NCBI GenBank assembly: GCA_022706885.1
Contig: JAKJBR010000001.1
Coordinates: forward strand, 118,138-182,137
Reading direction: 5' to 3'
Origin: Bacillota bacterium
GTDB lineage: Bacteria; Bacillota; Clostridia; DUPQ01
DNA: 64,000 nucleotides
This document shows, piece after piece, positions 47,022 to 56,661 of this stretch; position 1 is the stretch's first letter, and every line of letters starts with the position of its first letter. The notes below the pieces were generated by a model that saw only the letters and a list, made by a program, of their open reading frames with translations, was not told the origin of the DNA and made no database searches. The position numbers and the translations under genes are program-made.

Positions 47022-48746
47022 ATGGAAAACAGGAAAAAAAGATTTGCTATTTTGATTATCGCAGCTGTAATTATAGTTATTGCGGCTTCACTGTTGTTTT
47101 TATTCCGTGACAGATTATTTAAAAAAGACAACTTTGTTGTTACAACATTTAACAGCGATATTGTAATAAAAAGAACGGATGCGAATGAATCGTTGGATAT
47201 GCCTTACAGATATACCAAAGCACTGATGGATAACTTATTTATATTCAGACAGGAAATTGCCGGCATCAATATAGCATCCGTAAAGTATAACATGAGCGAT
47301 AACTATATCAATTGGCATACACCGGAGGGTGTTTTAACAGATACCGACAGAGGTAAAGGTAAGCAGGTAATAGATGAGGTAAAGTATTTCAAGGGTATAT
47401 CCACTTTAAGTTCGATAGTTGCCGACAAGGAAGACTGCAAGATATCCATTTATGAAGGCTATTCCGAAGATTTACTGATGCATGATTATCAAAACTTTGC
47501 CATTATACCTTCTTCCATGAGTAAGTATTTTGATAAGGATTTGCCTGCCGATGAAAAGGTGTTGAATATAAGGAATATGAGATACGGCAGCATGTTGCAT
47601 TTTACGATAATAGGGGAGTACAAGACTGAAGAAGAGTATGATACCTTGTATGTTACGTATACCGGCTTAAGTACCTTAATCCGTGCCGGCAGAGCCGATA
47701 TTCTAAACCATGTTGACTGTCTGGAAATTGATGTGAATGAGGACAAGGATCTTAATAAACTTATGCGTTTCTTAAGCGAATATTACGCGGATGCACAGGT
47801 GCTTTCCCAGTATACGGAAAGGAATAATATATATAACGACCCTTATCAATATATGTTTGTTCACTCAATGGGTATAGAACCTATTGAACTTAAAGAGAAT
47901 GTAATCTATGAAAAGAACATAATAACCATATCCAGAATGGACGGGAAGGAAGATCTTGAAATGTCGCATGTGTATGCCGATGCGATAATAAAAGGGTATA
48001 ACAAATATTCACAATGCATAACCGATTTAGATATAAGTACGGGAGTAAAAGGAATTAATCCGGCAGATTATCCTCCCGGTTCGGAAGCTTTCTGGAATCA
48101 GCCGGTATATCAGTTGCTTTTAAAATATGACACGGTATACGAGGCTAAACTGAAAGAAACGCTGGGGGACTTTCCCTGTTATCATCAGGCCGTTACAAGT
48201 ATAAATGAAATATTAAGGATGAAAAAAGACTGCAAAGTTACATACTATCTGAACTATATGAACAGTGACCTTATTGTACCCAGACAGAAGGACTTGTTGG
48301 GCAAAATAAAAGGCTATGCCATAGTTCCCAAACCTTTGCATGAGGCAACATCCGATCTTCCCAATTTTAACAATCACATTGTTGAAGTATATGAGAGCAG
48401 GGTATATGTCGGTATAGGCGGAGTTGACCCCAGTCAGATAGACAGATCTCCTCATTTTAGAGCCCAATTTAAAATAATAGGGTATTACGAGACAACCGAT
48501 CCGTATGATACCGTGTTTGTAACATATGTCGGATGCAACGAGAAGTATAAAAGTGCAGCATTCAAGAACGAACATATAGAGTCTATAACCATGAAGACAA
48601 AAGGAGATGTGGAGATAAGTCCGTTGATTAATTTTTTGAAGTTGTATTTTGCACCTTCGGAAAACGCCGCTGAATATGCAGGCAGTACAAATGAATTGGG
48701 TTTGGCGTATGAATACAGTTTTACAATGAAGGAGATTGCGGAGTAA
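47022..48746 (+). CDS. paralog 1 of a membrane-anchored, internally duplicated extracytoplasmic protein family of unknown function
   Basis: ORF 46995..48746 trimmed to ATG 47022 (MENRKKRFAILIIAAVIIVIAASLLF TM anchor); shares KYCKGITSL..IVADK, NEPYQYMYV, KYSQYITDI.ISTG, GYAIVPK, IGYYETTD.YDTV.VTY.G motifs with the next two genes. Confidence 0.7.
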   Translation: MENRKKRFAILIIAAVIIVIAASLLFLFRDRLFKKDNFVVTTFNSDIVIKRTDANESLDMPYRYTKALMDNLFIFRQEIAGINIASVKYNMSDNYINWHTPEGVLTDTDRGKGKQVIDEVKYFKGISTLSSIVADKEDCKISIYEGYSEDLLMHDYQNFAIIPSSMSKYFDKDLPADEKVLNIRNMRYGSMLHFTIIGEYKTEEEYDTLYVTYTGLSTLIRAGRADILNHVDCLEIDVNEDKDLNKLMRFLSEYYADAQVLSQYTERNNIYNDPYQYMFVHSMGIEPIELKENVIYEKNIITISRMDGKEDLEMSHVYADAIIKGYNKYSQCITDLDISTGVKGINPADYPPGSEAFWNQPVYQLLLKYDTVYEAKLKETLGDFPCYHQAVTSINEILRMKKDCKVTYYLNYMNSDLIVPRQKDLLGKIKGYAIVPKPLHEATSDLPNFNNHIVEVYESRVYVGIGGVDPSQIDRSPHFRAQFKIIGYYETTDPYDTVFVTYVGCNEKYKSAAFKNEHIESITMKTKGDVEISPLINFLKLYFAPSENAAEYAGSTNELGLAYEYSFTMKEIAE

Positions 48747-48809
48747 AAATTATGCCGTAATTTGTGTTTTACATAAGGATTTACAAACAACCGATTGGAG
48801 GGTAAAAAC

Positions 48810-50624
48810 ATGAAAAAAACAAATATGATTATAGCTGTCGCCTTAACAGTTATAATAACTGCATTGCTGTTGGCATCTTGTGACGGTCTGTCAAAAAAAG
48901 AAGAGGGTTTGATTGATGCAACATTCAGCAACGATATAGTTATAAAAAGGGTTGACGGGAAGCAACCGGCAAATATACCGTATAAGTATACAAAAGCCCT
49001 GCTTTCGGACAATATAGCATATATTGACGGAGTGGAGGCTGTAAATATATCTTCTCGCAGATACAACATAAAGGATAATGATATAAGTGTGCGCGGAGAC
49101 AGGGATTTGTTTGTTTCTTCGGAGGAGGAAAAAGCTGCGGAAGTTATGGGCTCGATAAAGTACTGTAAAGGTATAACTTCCCTCTGCACGATAGTCGCCG
49201 ACAAAGGAAAAAGTAAAGTGGAGTTTTATGCAGGATATTCCGAGGAGTATCTTACAAGTGTAGATAAAGCTTATGTAATTATTCCGTCTTCCATAGGTGA
49301 GCTTATAAACGAAGAGATACCTGATTCCGACAAAAGAATAGTACTGGAGAAAGGCGCTTTCGGTATAACATATTTCACTATAATAGGGGAGTATGAAGTA
49401 AAAGACAGGAGCAAAAATAAAGGTGAGCCCGATACCCTATATCTGTCATATGCGGGATTTGGTAACTTGATTAATATGGGTGAAGAGATTGACATAAGCT
49501 TTGTTGATTGTCTGGAGATTGACGCAGATGAGCAAGCCGATCTCACAAAACTTACCTACTGTCTTACCACATATTTTGCCGATGCAAACACGCTTTCTCA
49601 ATATGAAGGCAGGATAAACATGTTTAACGAGAATTACTCATATATGTATGAAAACTCCGTCAACATGAAGTCGTTGGATTTATCACCCGATACAGATTGT
49701 GAAAAGAAAATAATAACCGTTTCCAGAATAGACGGAAAAAGTGATTTGGATATGTCCTATGTATATGCAGATGCGTTGGTAAGAGATTACAATAAATACT
49801 CACAATACATAACCGATATAAATATAAGTACCGGTTTGGGAGGACATGATCCTTATGAAAATGCAAAACTTGAGTCAATAGACAAAGGCGGTGGTTTTAT
49901 ACAGACAAATTTTATTCTTGATAATGCTGACGGTCTGAATATAAGTTTTGCTTCAAGCTCAACCGGTTTTCGCGATGCGGTAACCAATATGATTACACAG
50001 AATCGTAAAGATGCCTTGGCAGATGTAGGAAAAGGGAAAGCTTGGAAAAAACACGTTCAATATCTTTTGCATCAGCCTATAACCAGCATAAGTGAAATAG
50101 AAAAAATGAAGAGCAACAGCGAGGTGACTTTTTATACGAACTATACAAACAGGGATCTTGTTGTGCAAAGAAAGGAAGATTATATTGAGAGTACCTTTAA
50201 AAGCGACGGTGATATAAAAGGATATGCGATAATACCTAAGACAATGCATGATGCCGCAAGCGCTCTTCCCGATTTAAAAACCCATATTTTATACCTGAGC
50301 GAGAAAAATGATGCTGTGGAGAGTAACCAGAAAGTATTAGTCGGTTTTAAGGTAATAGGCTATTACGAGACAGATGACAGATATGATGTGGTATATATAA
50401 CATATGCGGGCAGTAATGATAAGTATACAAAGGAACGTTTCAGAAATGACTATATTAACTCTGTAACCATAGAAACAAAAAAAGATACCGACATTACACC
50501 GTTGCTGGAATATCTGGAGCAGTATTTTGCACCGGCAACCGATACATCAAAATATGCGGGAAAGAAAAATGCATTGGGCAGGGATTATGAATATTGCTAT
50601 ACAATTAAAAGCAATGCGGATTAA
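48810..50624 (+). CDS. paralog 2 (lipoprotein form) of the same family
   Basis: ORF 48795..50624 trimmed to ATG 48810 (MKKTNMIIAVALTVIITALLLASC lipobox). Confidence 0.7.
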   Translation: MKKTNMIIAVALTVIITALLLASCDGLSKKEEGLIDATFSNDIVIKRVDGKQPANIPYKYTKALLSDNIAYIDGVEAVNISSRRYNIKDNDISVRGDRDLFVSSEEEKAAEVMGSIKYCKGITSLCTIVADKGKSKVEFYAGYSEEYLTSVDKAYVIIPSSIGELINEEIPDSDKRIVLEKGAFGITYFTIIGEYEVKDRSKNKGEPDTLYLSYAGFGNLINMGEEIDISFVDCLEIDADEQADLTKLTYCLTTYFADANTLSQYEGRINMFNENYSYMYENSVNMKSLDLSPDTDCEKKIITVSRIDGKSDLDMSYVYADALVRDYNKYSQYITDINISTGLGGHDPYENAKLESIDKGGGFIQTNFILDNADGLNISFASSSTGFRDAVTNMITQNRKDALADVGKGKAWKKHVQYLLHQPITSISEIEKMKSNSEVTFYTNYTNRDLVVQRKEDYIESTFKSDGDIKGYAIIPKTMHDAASALPDLKTHILYLSEKNDAVESNQKVLVGFKVIGYYETDDRYDVVYITYAGSNDKYTKERFRNDYINSVTIETKKDTDITPLLEYLEQYFAPATDTSKYAGKKNALGRDYEYCYTIKSNAD

Positions 50625-50704
50625 TTATTAACACGCATTATTCCGTAACTTGTGTCGTATTTAAATAAACAGCGTTAGTGAAAGTATTTGAGGGCATTAA
50701 GTGT

Positions 50705-52429
50705 ATGGTGAAAAAGAAAAAGACAGGTTTGATTATTACTGTCACTGTAATCGTTTTAGCGGTTGTAGCAGCATTGTTGTTTCTTTTTCGCAACAGACTT
50801 TTTTGCAATATCGGACATTTCAATGTCACAACTTTCAACAGCGATATAGTTATTAAAAGGTCGGATGCACAGGAACCGCTGAATATGCCGTACAGATATT
50901 CCAAGGCTTTATTGGATAAAAGGTTGGTGTTCAGAGAGGAAATAGAAAGACTCAACATAACCACCGTCAGATATGAAATAAGTAATACGGGTCTGACTTT
51001 GTATAACTGTAAGGAGGTTTTGAAAAATCCGGAAAGCGGAGTGACAAAGAAAGTTATAGAATCAATAAAGTACTGTAAAGGTATAACTGCATTAAGCGGT
51101 TTAACTGCTGATAAAGCGGACAGTAAAATCACAATTTACCGAGGTTACTCTGCGGACCTTCTGGAACAGAGTTTACATAACTATGTAATAATTCCCTCTA
51201 CCCTTAGCGAACATATAGATTCTCAATTATCCGATAATGAAAAGGTATTGTTCCTTGCAAATTCCGGCACAAGCAGTCTGGCATATTTCACCATAATAGG
51301 GGAATATGAAACCAAGCACAGACATGACACTTTTTACTTTTCCTATTCAGGATTGAGCAATGTGGTGCTGGGAGGGAAAGAAGATATTGCCGATCATATC
51401 GACTACATGGGGATTGATGTAAACAATAAAGCGAACCTTGTAAAATTCTCATATTTCCTGAGCGAATATTTTGCAGACTATAATGTGCTTTCACAGTATG
51501 AAAAAAGAATAAACAAATTCAATGAACCTTATCAATATATGTATGTAAACAATGTTGATATCCTGCCGATAAATCTTTCGGAAGATTCCGGTTTTGAAAA
51601 GAATATAATAACCGTAACCGGAATAGACGGTAACGATAATCTTCAGATGTCGCATGTATACGGTGATGCATTAATTGAAGACTACCATAAATATTCGCAA
51701 TATATAACGGACATAATAATAAGCACAGGGGTAAAAGGAGAGGATTGGTCTAAGTACCCGCTAAATGTAAAGATTCCCTGTTACGGTATTAATTTCGGAG
51801 GTTACGGATTGGAAGGCTTTTATGTGAAATATACGGAATACTACCAATCACACGGTATGGATAGTCCTTGGTACCATCAGGCTGTTACAAGTATAAGAGA
51901 AATTAAAAGTATGAAAAAAAATTGTGATATAACATTTTATACCAACTATACCGAAAAGGACCTTGTTGTTATCAGAAAAGAAGACTATGTGGAGCCCAAG
52001 GATCACTTGGACAGCGGCATAACGGGATATGCAATTGTGCCTAAAATGATATGGGAATCGGTCCGCAACCATCCCGATATAGACTACCAGATTATAAGGT
52101 TGTTTGAGCAACCGAAAAAAGAAGACAACCCTTCGGACAGAATGAGATTCGGATTTAAAGTAATAGGCTATTATGAAACCGCTGACGAAAGTGATACGGT
52201 GTATGTTACATATGGCGGGTATAACAGGAAGTATGTAAAGGAGCCTTTCAAAAACGAGTGCATCCGGTCTATGATTATAGAAACAAGAAGCGATGCCGAC
52301 ATTACTCCGTTGCTGGAATATCTGGAGCAGTATTTTGCACCGGCATCCGATACATCAAAATATGCGGGAAAGAAAAACCTATTGGGAATGGAGTATGAGT
52401 ACTGTTATACTATTACCAGTGAGCAGTAA
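50705..52429 (+). CDS. paralog 3 of the same family
   Basis: ORF 50678..52429 trimmed to ATG 50705 (MVKKKKTGLIITVTVIVLAVVAALLF TM anchor). Confidence 0.7.
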   Translation: MVKKKKTGLIITVTVIVLAVVAALLFLFRNRLFCNIGHFNVTTFNSDIVIKRSDAQEPLNMPYRYSKALLDKRLVFREEIERLNITTVRYEISNTGLTLYNCKEVLKNPESGVTKKVIESIKYCKGITALSGLTADKADSKITIYRGYSADLLEQSLHNYVIIPSTLSEHIDSQLSDNEKVLFLANSGTSSLAYFTIIGEYETKHRHDTFYFSYSGLSNVVLGGKEDIADHIDYMGIDVNNKANLVKFSYFLSEYFADYNVLSQYEKRINKFNEPYQYMYVNNVDILPINLSEDSGFEKNIITVTGIDGNDNLQMSHVYGDALIEDYHKYSQYITDIIISTGVKGEDWSKYPLNVKIPCYGINFGGYGLEGFYVKYTEYYQSHGMDSPWYHQAVTSIREIKSMKKNCDITFYTNYTEKDLVVIRKEDYVEPKDHLDSGITGYAIVPKMIWESVRNHPDIDYQIIRLFEQPKKEDNPSDRMRFGFKVIGYYETADESDTVYVTYGGYNRKYVKEPFKNECIRSMIIETRSDADITPLLEYLEQYFAPASDTSKYAGKKNLLGMEYEYCYTITSEQ

Positions 52430-52484
52430 AAACGGCGATTATGACAGACTTTGCCGTAAATCACATTAATCGGAGGAAAAGAAA

Positions 52485-53027
52485 ATGCTTAAACTACAGG
52501 GAAAATCCATATATTTAGCAGCACTGGAACGTGCAGACTGCCGCAAACTTTTTGAGGACAACGAATACGATTTTGAGAATCCTACCGATATTCTTTACAT
52601 CGGTTATTCTGTAGAAGGAGCCGACAAGTGGTTTGAGGAGATACAGGCGGCACAGGGAAAGACACATGTGCGACTGGGAATCTTTCTCAATGACGGTACT
52701 GTGATAGGAGATATCGCCATGCAGAATATCGATAATCGTAACCGTTCCTGTTCCATCGGCATGGGCATACAGAAGTTGGAAAACCGTAACAGAGGTTATG
52801 GCAAGCAGGCAGTCTCGCTGATACTTGAGTACGGTTTTTGCAACCTGGGTCTTGAACGCATTACGGCAGGCACATTGGACTGCAATATTTCAGCAAAGAA
52901 GTCGCTGGAGAAGCTGGGATTTGTCTTGGAAGGACGCGAGCGCAAGGCAATCTATTTCGGCGGCGTGCGTCATGACCGGCTTTGTTATGCTATGCTTGCG
53001 GAGGAGTATAATGGAAAGCAGCATTAA
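52485..53027 (+). CDS. GNAT-family N-acetyltransferase (RimJ/RimL-like)
   Basis: 180 aa; acetyl-CoA binding motif RNRGYGKQAV. Confidence 0.75.
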   Translation: MLKLQGKSIYLAALERADCRKLFEDNEYDFENPTDILYIGYSVEGADKWFEEIQAAQGKTHVRLGIFLNDGTVIGDIAMQNIDNRNRSCSIGMGIQKLENRNRGYGKQAVSLILEYGFCNLGLERITAGTLDCNISAKKSLEKLGFVLEGRERKAIYFGGVRHDRLCYAMLAEEYNGKQH

Positions 53028-53784
53028 AAAGTTCTGGAATGACGGTTCCGATGAGTACTATAACAGAGCATATAACATAAACAACAATGCGATAAGGATA
53101 AAAGCCGACCCGTGGTGGGCGTTTCCCGTACCTGTCCGTAATATGATTCAAAATGCGTTTAGCAGTATGAAAGGTATTAAGGTGCTTGTACCGTCAAGCG
53201 GAGACAACGGAGCGGTTTTTGCCTTTCATTTGCTCGGTGCAACAGTTGTCTCTGCGGACATTTCGGAGCAGCAACTGGGAAATGCAAAAAGGATTGCCGA
53301 CAATGAACGCTGGGATATTGAATTTATTCAAGCCGACACTATGAAGTTAGACGGAATGTGCGATAGTGAATTTGATCTTGTCTACACATCAAACGGCACT
53401 CATATCTGGATAAATGACCTACAAGCTATGTATTCAAACTTCAACCGTGTGTTGAAGCCGAAGGGAAAGTATATTATGTTTGAAACTCATCCTTTCAATC
53501 GACCGTTTGACGATTCAGGTGCAAAAATAAAAGTGAAAAAGCCGTACAACGATACAACAGGAAACCATTGGCGAATTATGGATATATTTAATGCCGTTAT
53601 CAGCCAAGGCTTTTATATTCTGCATCTTGAGGAATTTCACGCAGAACCCGGGGCACACGACTTATGGTTTTACAAAACTATTAAAGAAGCCGAAGCGGAC
53701 GGAAACAGGAAATATGATATAAAGCATAATCCGTTCGCGGCTCTGCCGGCATGGTTTGGGCTTTCCTCAATAAAAAGATATTAG
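53011..53784 (+). CDS. class I SAM-dependent methyltransferase
   Basis: ORF 52825..53784 trimmed to ATG 53011 (MESSIKKFWNDG), overlapping GNAT stop by 17 nt; motif I VLVPSSGDNG and VVSADISEQQ. Confidence 0.65.
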   Translation: MESSIKKFWNDGSDEYYNRAYNINNNAIRIKADPWWAFPVPVRNMIQNAFSSMKGIKVLVPSSGDNGAVFAFHLLGATVVSADISEQQLGNAKRIADNERWDIEFIQADTMKLDGMCDSEFDLVYTSNGTHIWINDLQAMYSNFNRVLKPKGKYIMFETHPFNRPFDDSGAKIKVKKPYNDTTGNHWRIMDIFNAVISQGFYILHLEEFHAEPGAHDLWFYKTIKEAEADGNRKYDIKHNPFAALPAWFGLSSIKRY

Positions 53785-53827
53785 GACGAACTTTATTAAA
53801 TAGCACTATTACTATTACCGAAATTTA

Positions 53828-53856
53828 TTGACATTACAAAGATGTGTTGATATACT
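53828..53856 (+). promoter_or_regulatory. sigma-70-like promoter TTGACA-17-TATACT for tyrS leader
   Basis: read directly. Confidence 0.5.
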
Positions 53857-53882
53857 TCGGATAAATTAAAAAGGAGCGCCAA

Positions 53883-53966
53883 ATGGCAGTAAACAGAAAA
53901 CACAGTTCAAATATGTATTATTACAACTATTACTACTTAAATAGGCTTGGGCTGTTATTGTCGTAA
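53883..53966 (+). CDS. candidate tyrosine-rich leader peptide (27 aa, MAVNRKHSSNMYYYNYYYLNRLGLLLS)
   Basis: RBS AGGAG 7 nt upstream; six Tyr codons in seven consecutive positions; followed by intrinsic terminator before tyrS. Confidence 0.5.
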   Translation: MAVNRKHSSNMYYYNYYYLNRLGLLLS

Positions 53967-53993
53967 TTCTTTTGTAGAAACAATTAATGATTA

Positions 53994-54022
53994 GGCTCAG
54001 GCAAACGCTTGAGTCTTTTTTG
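53994..54022 (+). terminator. intrinsic terminator/attenuator hairpin (GGCTCAGGC-aaac-GCTTGAGTC + TTTTTTG) in tyrS leader
   Basis: stem-loop plus U-tract 18 nt before tyrS ATG. Confidence 0.6.
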
Positions 54023-54040
54023 ATGTAAGGAGAAACAGGT

Positions 54041-55213
54041 ATGAATAATGGAAAAACAATGGAAATTCTAATGAAAAATGCGGTCAATGTTTTCAATGAA
54101 GAAGAACTTCGCACAAAGCTGAGCAGCGGGAAATCCCTGAAGGTAAAGTTCGGTGCCGATCCGTCCAGACCGGATTTGCATCTGGGACACACGGTGCCTT
54201 TGAGAATGCTGAAAGTGTTGCAGCAGGCAGGACATCATATCATATTTGTGATAGGCGATTTTACCGGCATGATAGGAGACCCGTCGGGCAGAAGCAAGAC
54301 AAGAAGTCAGCTGTCTTATGAAGAAACCGGAAAGAACGGTCGAACATATTTTGAGCAGGTAACAAAGATATTGGATCCGTCGAAAACAGAGATAGTATAC
54401 AACTCGGAATGGCTGGGAAAGATGAGGTTTACCGATGTTATTGAATTGGCCGGGAAGTATACTCTTGCAAGGATAATGGAAAGAGAGGATTTTTCCGCAA
54501 GGTATTCGAATAATCAACCGATAGGTATTCATGAGCTTTTATACCCTCTTATACAAGGATATGATTCGGTTGCGGTTAATGCCGATATTGAAATAGGAGG
54601 AACCGATCAAACATTTAATCTTCTGGTGGGCAGAGAACTGCAAAAGGATTACGGGCAGATTCCTCAGGTAGTTATGACTTTCCCGCTTATTGCGGGATTG
54701 GACGGAGTGGAGAAGATGAGTAAATCTTTGGATAACTATATAGGTATAGATGAGTCGGCGGAGATAATGTATGAAAAGTGCATGCGGATTCCCGACGGAT
54801 TGCTTACTGACTATTTCAGACTTACAACGGATATTTGTGAAGCAGAGTATACCGATATTATTTCTGAGGATATAAGAGAAGCCCATAAAGTATATGCAAG
54901 AAAGATAGTGGAGATGTACCACGGAAGAGACTGTATTAATGCGGCGGAAGACAGATATAACAGTATTGCCGCAAAGGCAATTCCGGACAATATAGAGGTA
55001 TTTCATATTGAGGAGCATGAGACGGGCATTATTGATGTTCTTGTAAAAACAGGTTTAGCAACATCCAACTCGGAAGCCAGAAGACTGATAGCGGGCAGAG
55101 GTATTAAAATTGACGGTATAACTGTTAATGACTTTAGTGTCAGATTAAAAGGTAAGTTTGTTATATGCAGAGGGAAGAATAAGTTTATTGAAGTAAGAAT
55201 GAAGATGATATAA
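54041..55213 (+). CDS. tyrS: tyrosine--tRNA ligase
   Basis: 390 aa; class I HIGH-like motif HLGH and KMSKS motif; C-terminal S4-like domain. Confidence 0.9.
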   Translation: MNNGKTMEILMKNAVNVFNEEELRTKLSSGKSLKVKFGADPSRPDLHLGHTVPLRMLKVLQQAGHHIIFVIGDFTGMIGDPSGRSKTRSQLSYEETGKNGRTYFEQVTKILDPSKTEIVYNSEWLGKMRFTDVIELAGKYTLARIMEREDFSARYSNNQPIGIHELLYPLIQGYDSVAVNADIEIGGTDQTFNLLVGRELQKDYGQIPQVVMTFPLIAGLDGVEKMSKSLDNYIGIDESAEIMYEKCMRIPDGLLTDYFRLTTDICEAEYTDIISEDIREAHKVYARKIVEMYHGRDCINAAEDRYNSIAAKAIPDNIEVFHIEEHETGIIDVLVKTGLATSNSEARRLIAGRGIKIDGITVNDFSVRLKGKFVICRGKNKFIEVRMKMI

Positions 55214-55310
55214 TATGCAAAAGGAGATAATGAGGTATAAATGAATCGGTTTATGACACTTTCCGACAGTATTGAGATATAATAGTTTATAGCAAAGAGA
55301 GGTAAAAAAC

Positions 55311-56135
55311 ATGAATGAAACATTAAGCAAACTATGGGATACTCTGCTTGAAGCATCTGCTACGGCGGGTTTGAGGATACTGCTGGCAATAGCGGTACTG
55401 ATTGTAGGTCTTCTGCTTATCAAATACCTTGTGAAGTTTATAGTGAAATCCAAAGGATTCAATAAAATTGACGTAACGGTACAGACATTTTTAAAAAGCG
55501 CTCTGGCTATTACATTGAAAGTGCTTCTTATTATCTCCGTGATAGGAATACTGGGTGTTCCGCTGACATCAATAATAGCGGTGCTTGCTTCTGCCGGACT
55601 GGCAATAGGATTGGCATTACAGGGAGCACTGTCCAATTTTGCCGGAGGGATAATGATACTGGTATTTCGTCCTTTCAAGGTAGGAGATTTTGTAGACAAC
55701 GGAACGCATATGGGTTATGTCGATTCAATAACCATATTTTATACAAGGCTGCTGACAAAAGATAATAAACTTGTAACTGTTCCCAACAGTACCATGACTA
55801 CCGCATCTATAACCAACTTCAGTGCAAAAGAGTTGAGACGCGTGGATATAGAGTACAACGTTTCATATAAAAACGACATAGATAAGGTAAAAAGTGTTTT
55901 GACTTCAGTAGCGGAGAAACATCCTTTAGTTCTTAAAGATCCGGCTGTAACATCCGGAGTTTATGCTCATGGTCCTAATTCACTTGTGTATGTATTAAGA
56001 GCATGGTGTAAAGCCGACGATTATTGGACGGTATATTTTGACATGAACGAAAACGTAAAGAAATCATTTGATGAGCAAGGGATTGAGATACCTTTACAGC
56101 AGGTGGTTGTGGATATAAAGGATAAGAATAAATAG
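55311..56135 (+). CDS. small-conductance mechanosensitive channel (MscS family)
   Basis: 274 aa; three TM then ALQGALSNFAGGIMILVFRPFKVGD pore/beta-domain signature. Confidence 0.85.
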   Translation: MNETLSKLWDTLLEASATAGLRILLAIAVLIVGLLLIKYLVKFIVKSKGFNKIDVTVQTFLKSALAITLKVLLIISVIGILGVPLTSIIAVLASAGLAIGLALQGALSNFAGGIMILVFRPFKVGDFVDNGTHMGYVDSITIFYTRLLTKDNKLVTVPNSTMTTASITNFSAKELRRVDIEYNVSYKNDIDKVKSVLTSVAEKHPLVLKDPAVTSGVYAHGPNSLVYVLRAWCKADDYWTVYFDMNENVKKSFDEQGIEIPLQQVVVDIKDKNK

Positions 56136-56223
56136 GATTAATTTGGTTATAGAAGAAAGCATAAGTAGTCGGTGGCATGTGCTGCCGATTTCTTCGTAAA
56201 AGATAATAAGAATAATTGCTTAA

Positions 56224-56661
56224 TCAGCATCTGTCGATAGCATCCTTCAAAAGCAATATGGCTTCTTTATATCCTTCAAATCCTTTTCCCGTAACGGTTT
56301 TTATACATACATTTGCAGTGTAGGAATGTTTCCGGAAATCCTCACGTTTTGTAATATCGCTTAAATGCACTTCCACAGCCGGAAGCCCCACGGATTTTAT
56401 TGCATCGGCAATGGCTATACTTGTATGGGAATATGCTGCGGGGTTTATGACTATGGCATCGGAAATCATATATGCATCCTGTATTTTATCGATGATATCA
56501 CCTTCATGGTTGGATTGAAAAATCTCACATTGAATATTGTTTTGCGTACAGATATCCTTTATGTATCTTACTAAATCCGCATATGTTGCATGACCGTATA
56601 TTTCCGGTTCTCTGATACCCAGCATATTCATATTGGGTCCGTTTATAACTAAAAGTTTCAT
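56224..56661 (-). CDS. aroQ: type II 3-dehydroquinate dehydratase
   Basis: 145 aa; LVINGPNMNMLGIREPEIYG and HLSDI motifs. Confidence 0.9.
   Translation of the reverse strand: MKLLVINGPNMNMLGIREPEIYGHATYADLVRYIKDICTQNNIQCEIFQSNHEGDIIDKIQDAYMISDAIVINPAAYSHTSIAIADAIKSVGLPAVEVHLSDITKREDFRKHSYTANVCIKTVTGKGFEGYKEAILLLKDAIDRC

Noticed and set aside
53790-54040. T-box riboswitch upstream of tyrS
   Set aside because: Expected by taxonomy, but neither the T-box consensus nor a specifier/antiterminator architecture is visible. The Tyr-rich leader peptide plus terminator is a better explanation.
53866-54192. 108-aa minus-strand ORF overlapping the tyrS leader and 5' end
   Set aside because: Antisense to tyrS and its leader, no RBS. 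Chance ORF.
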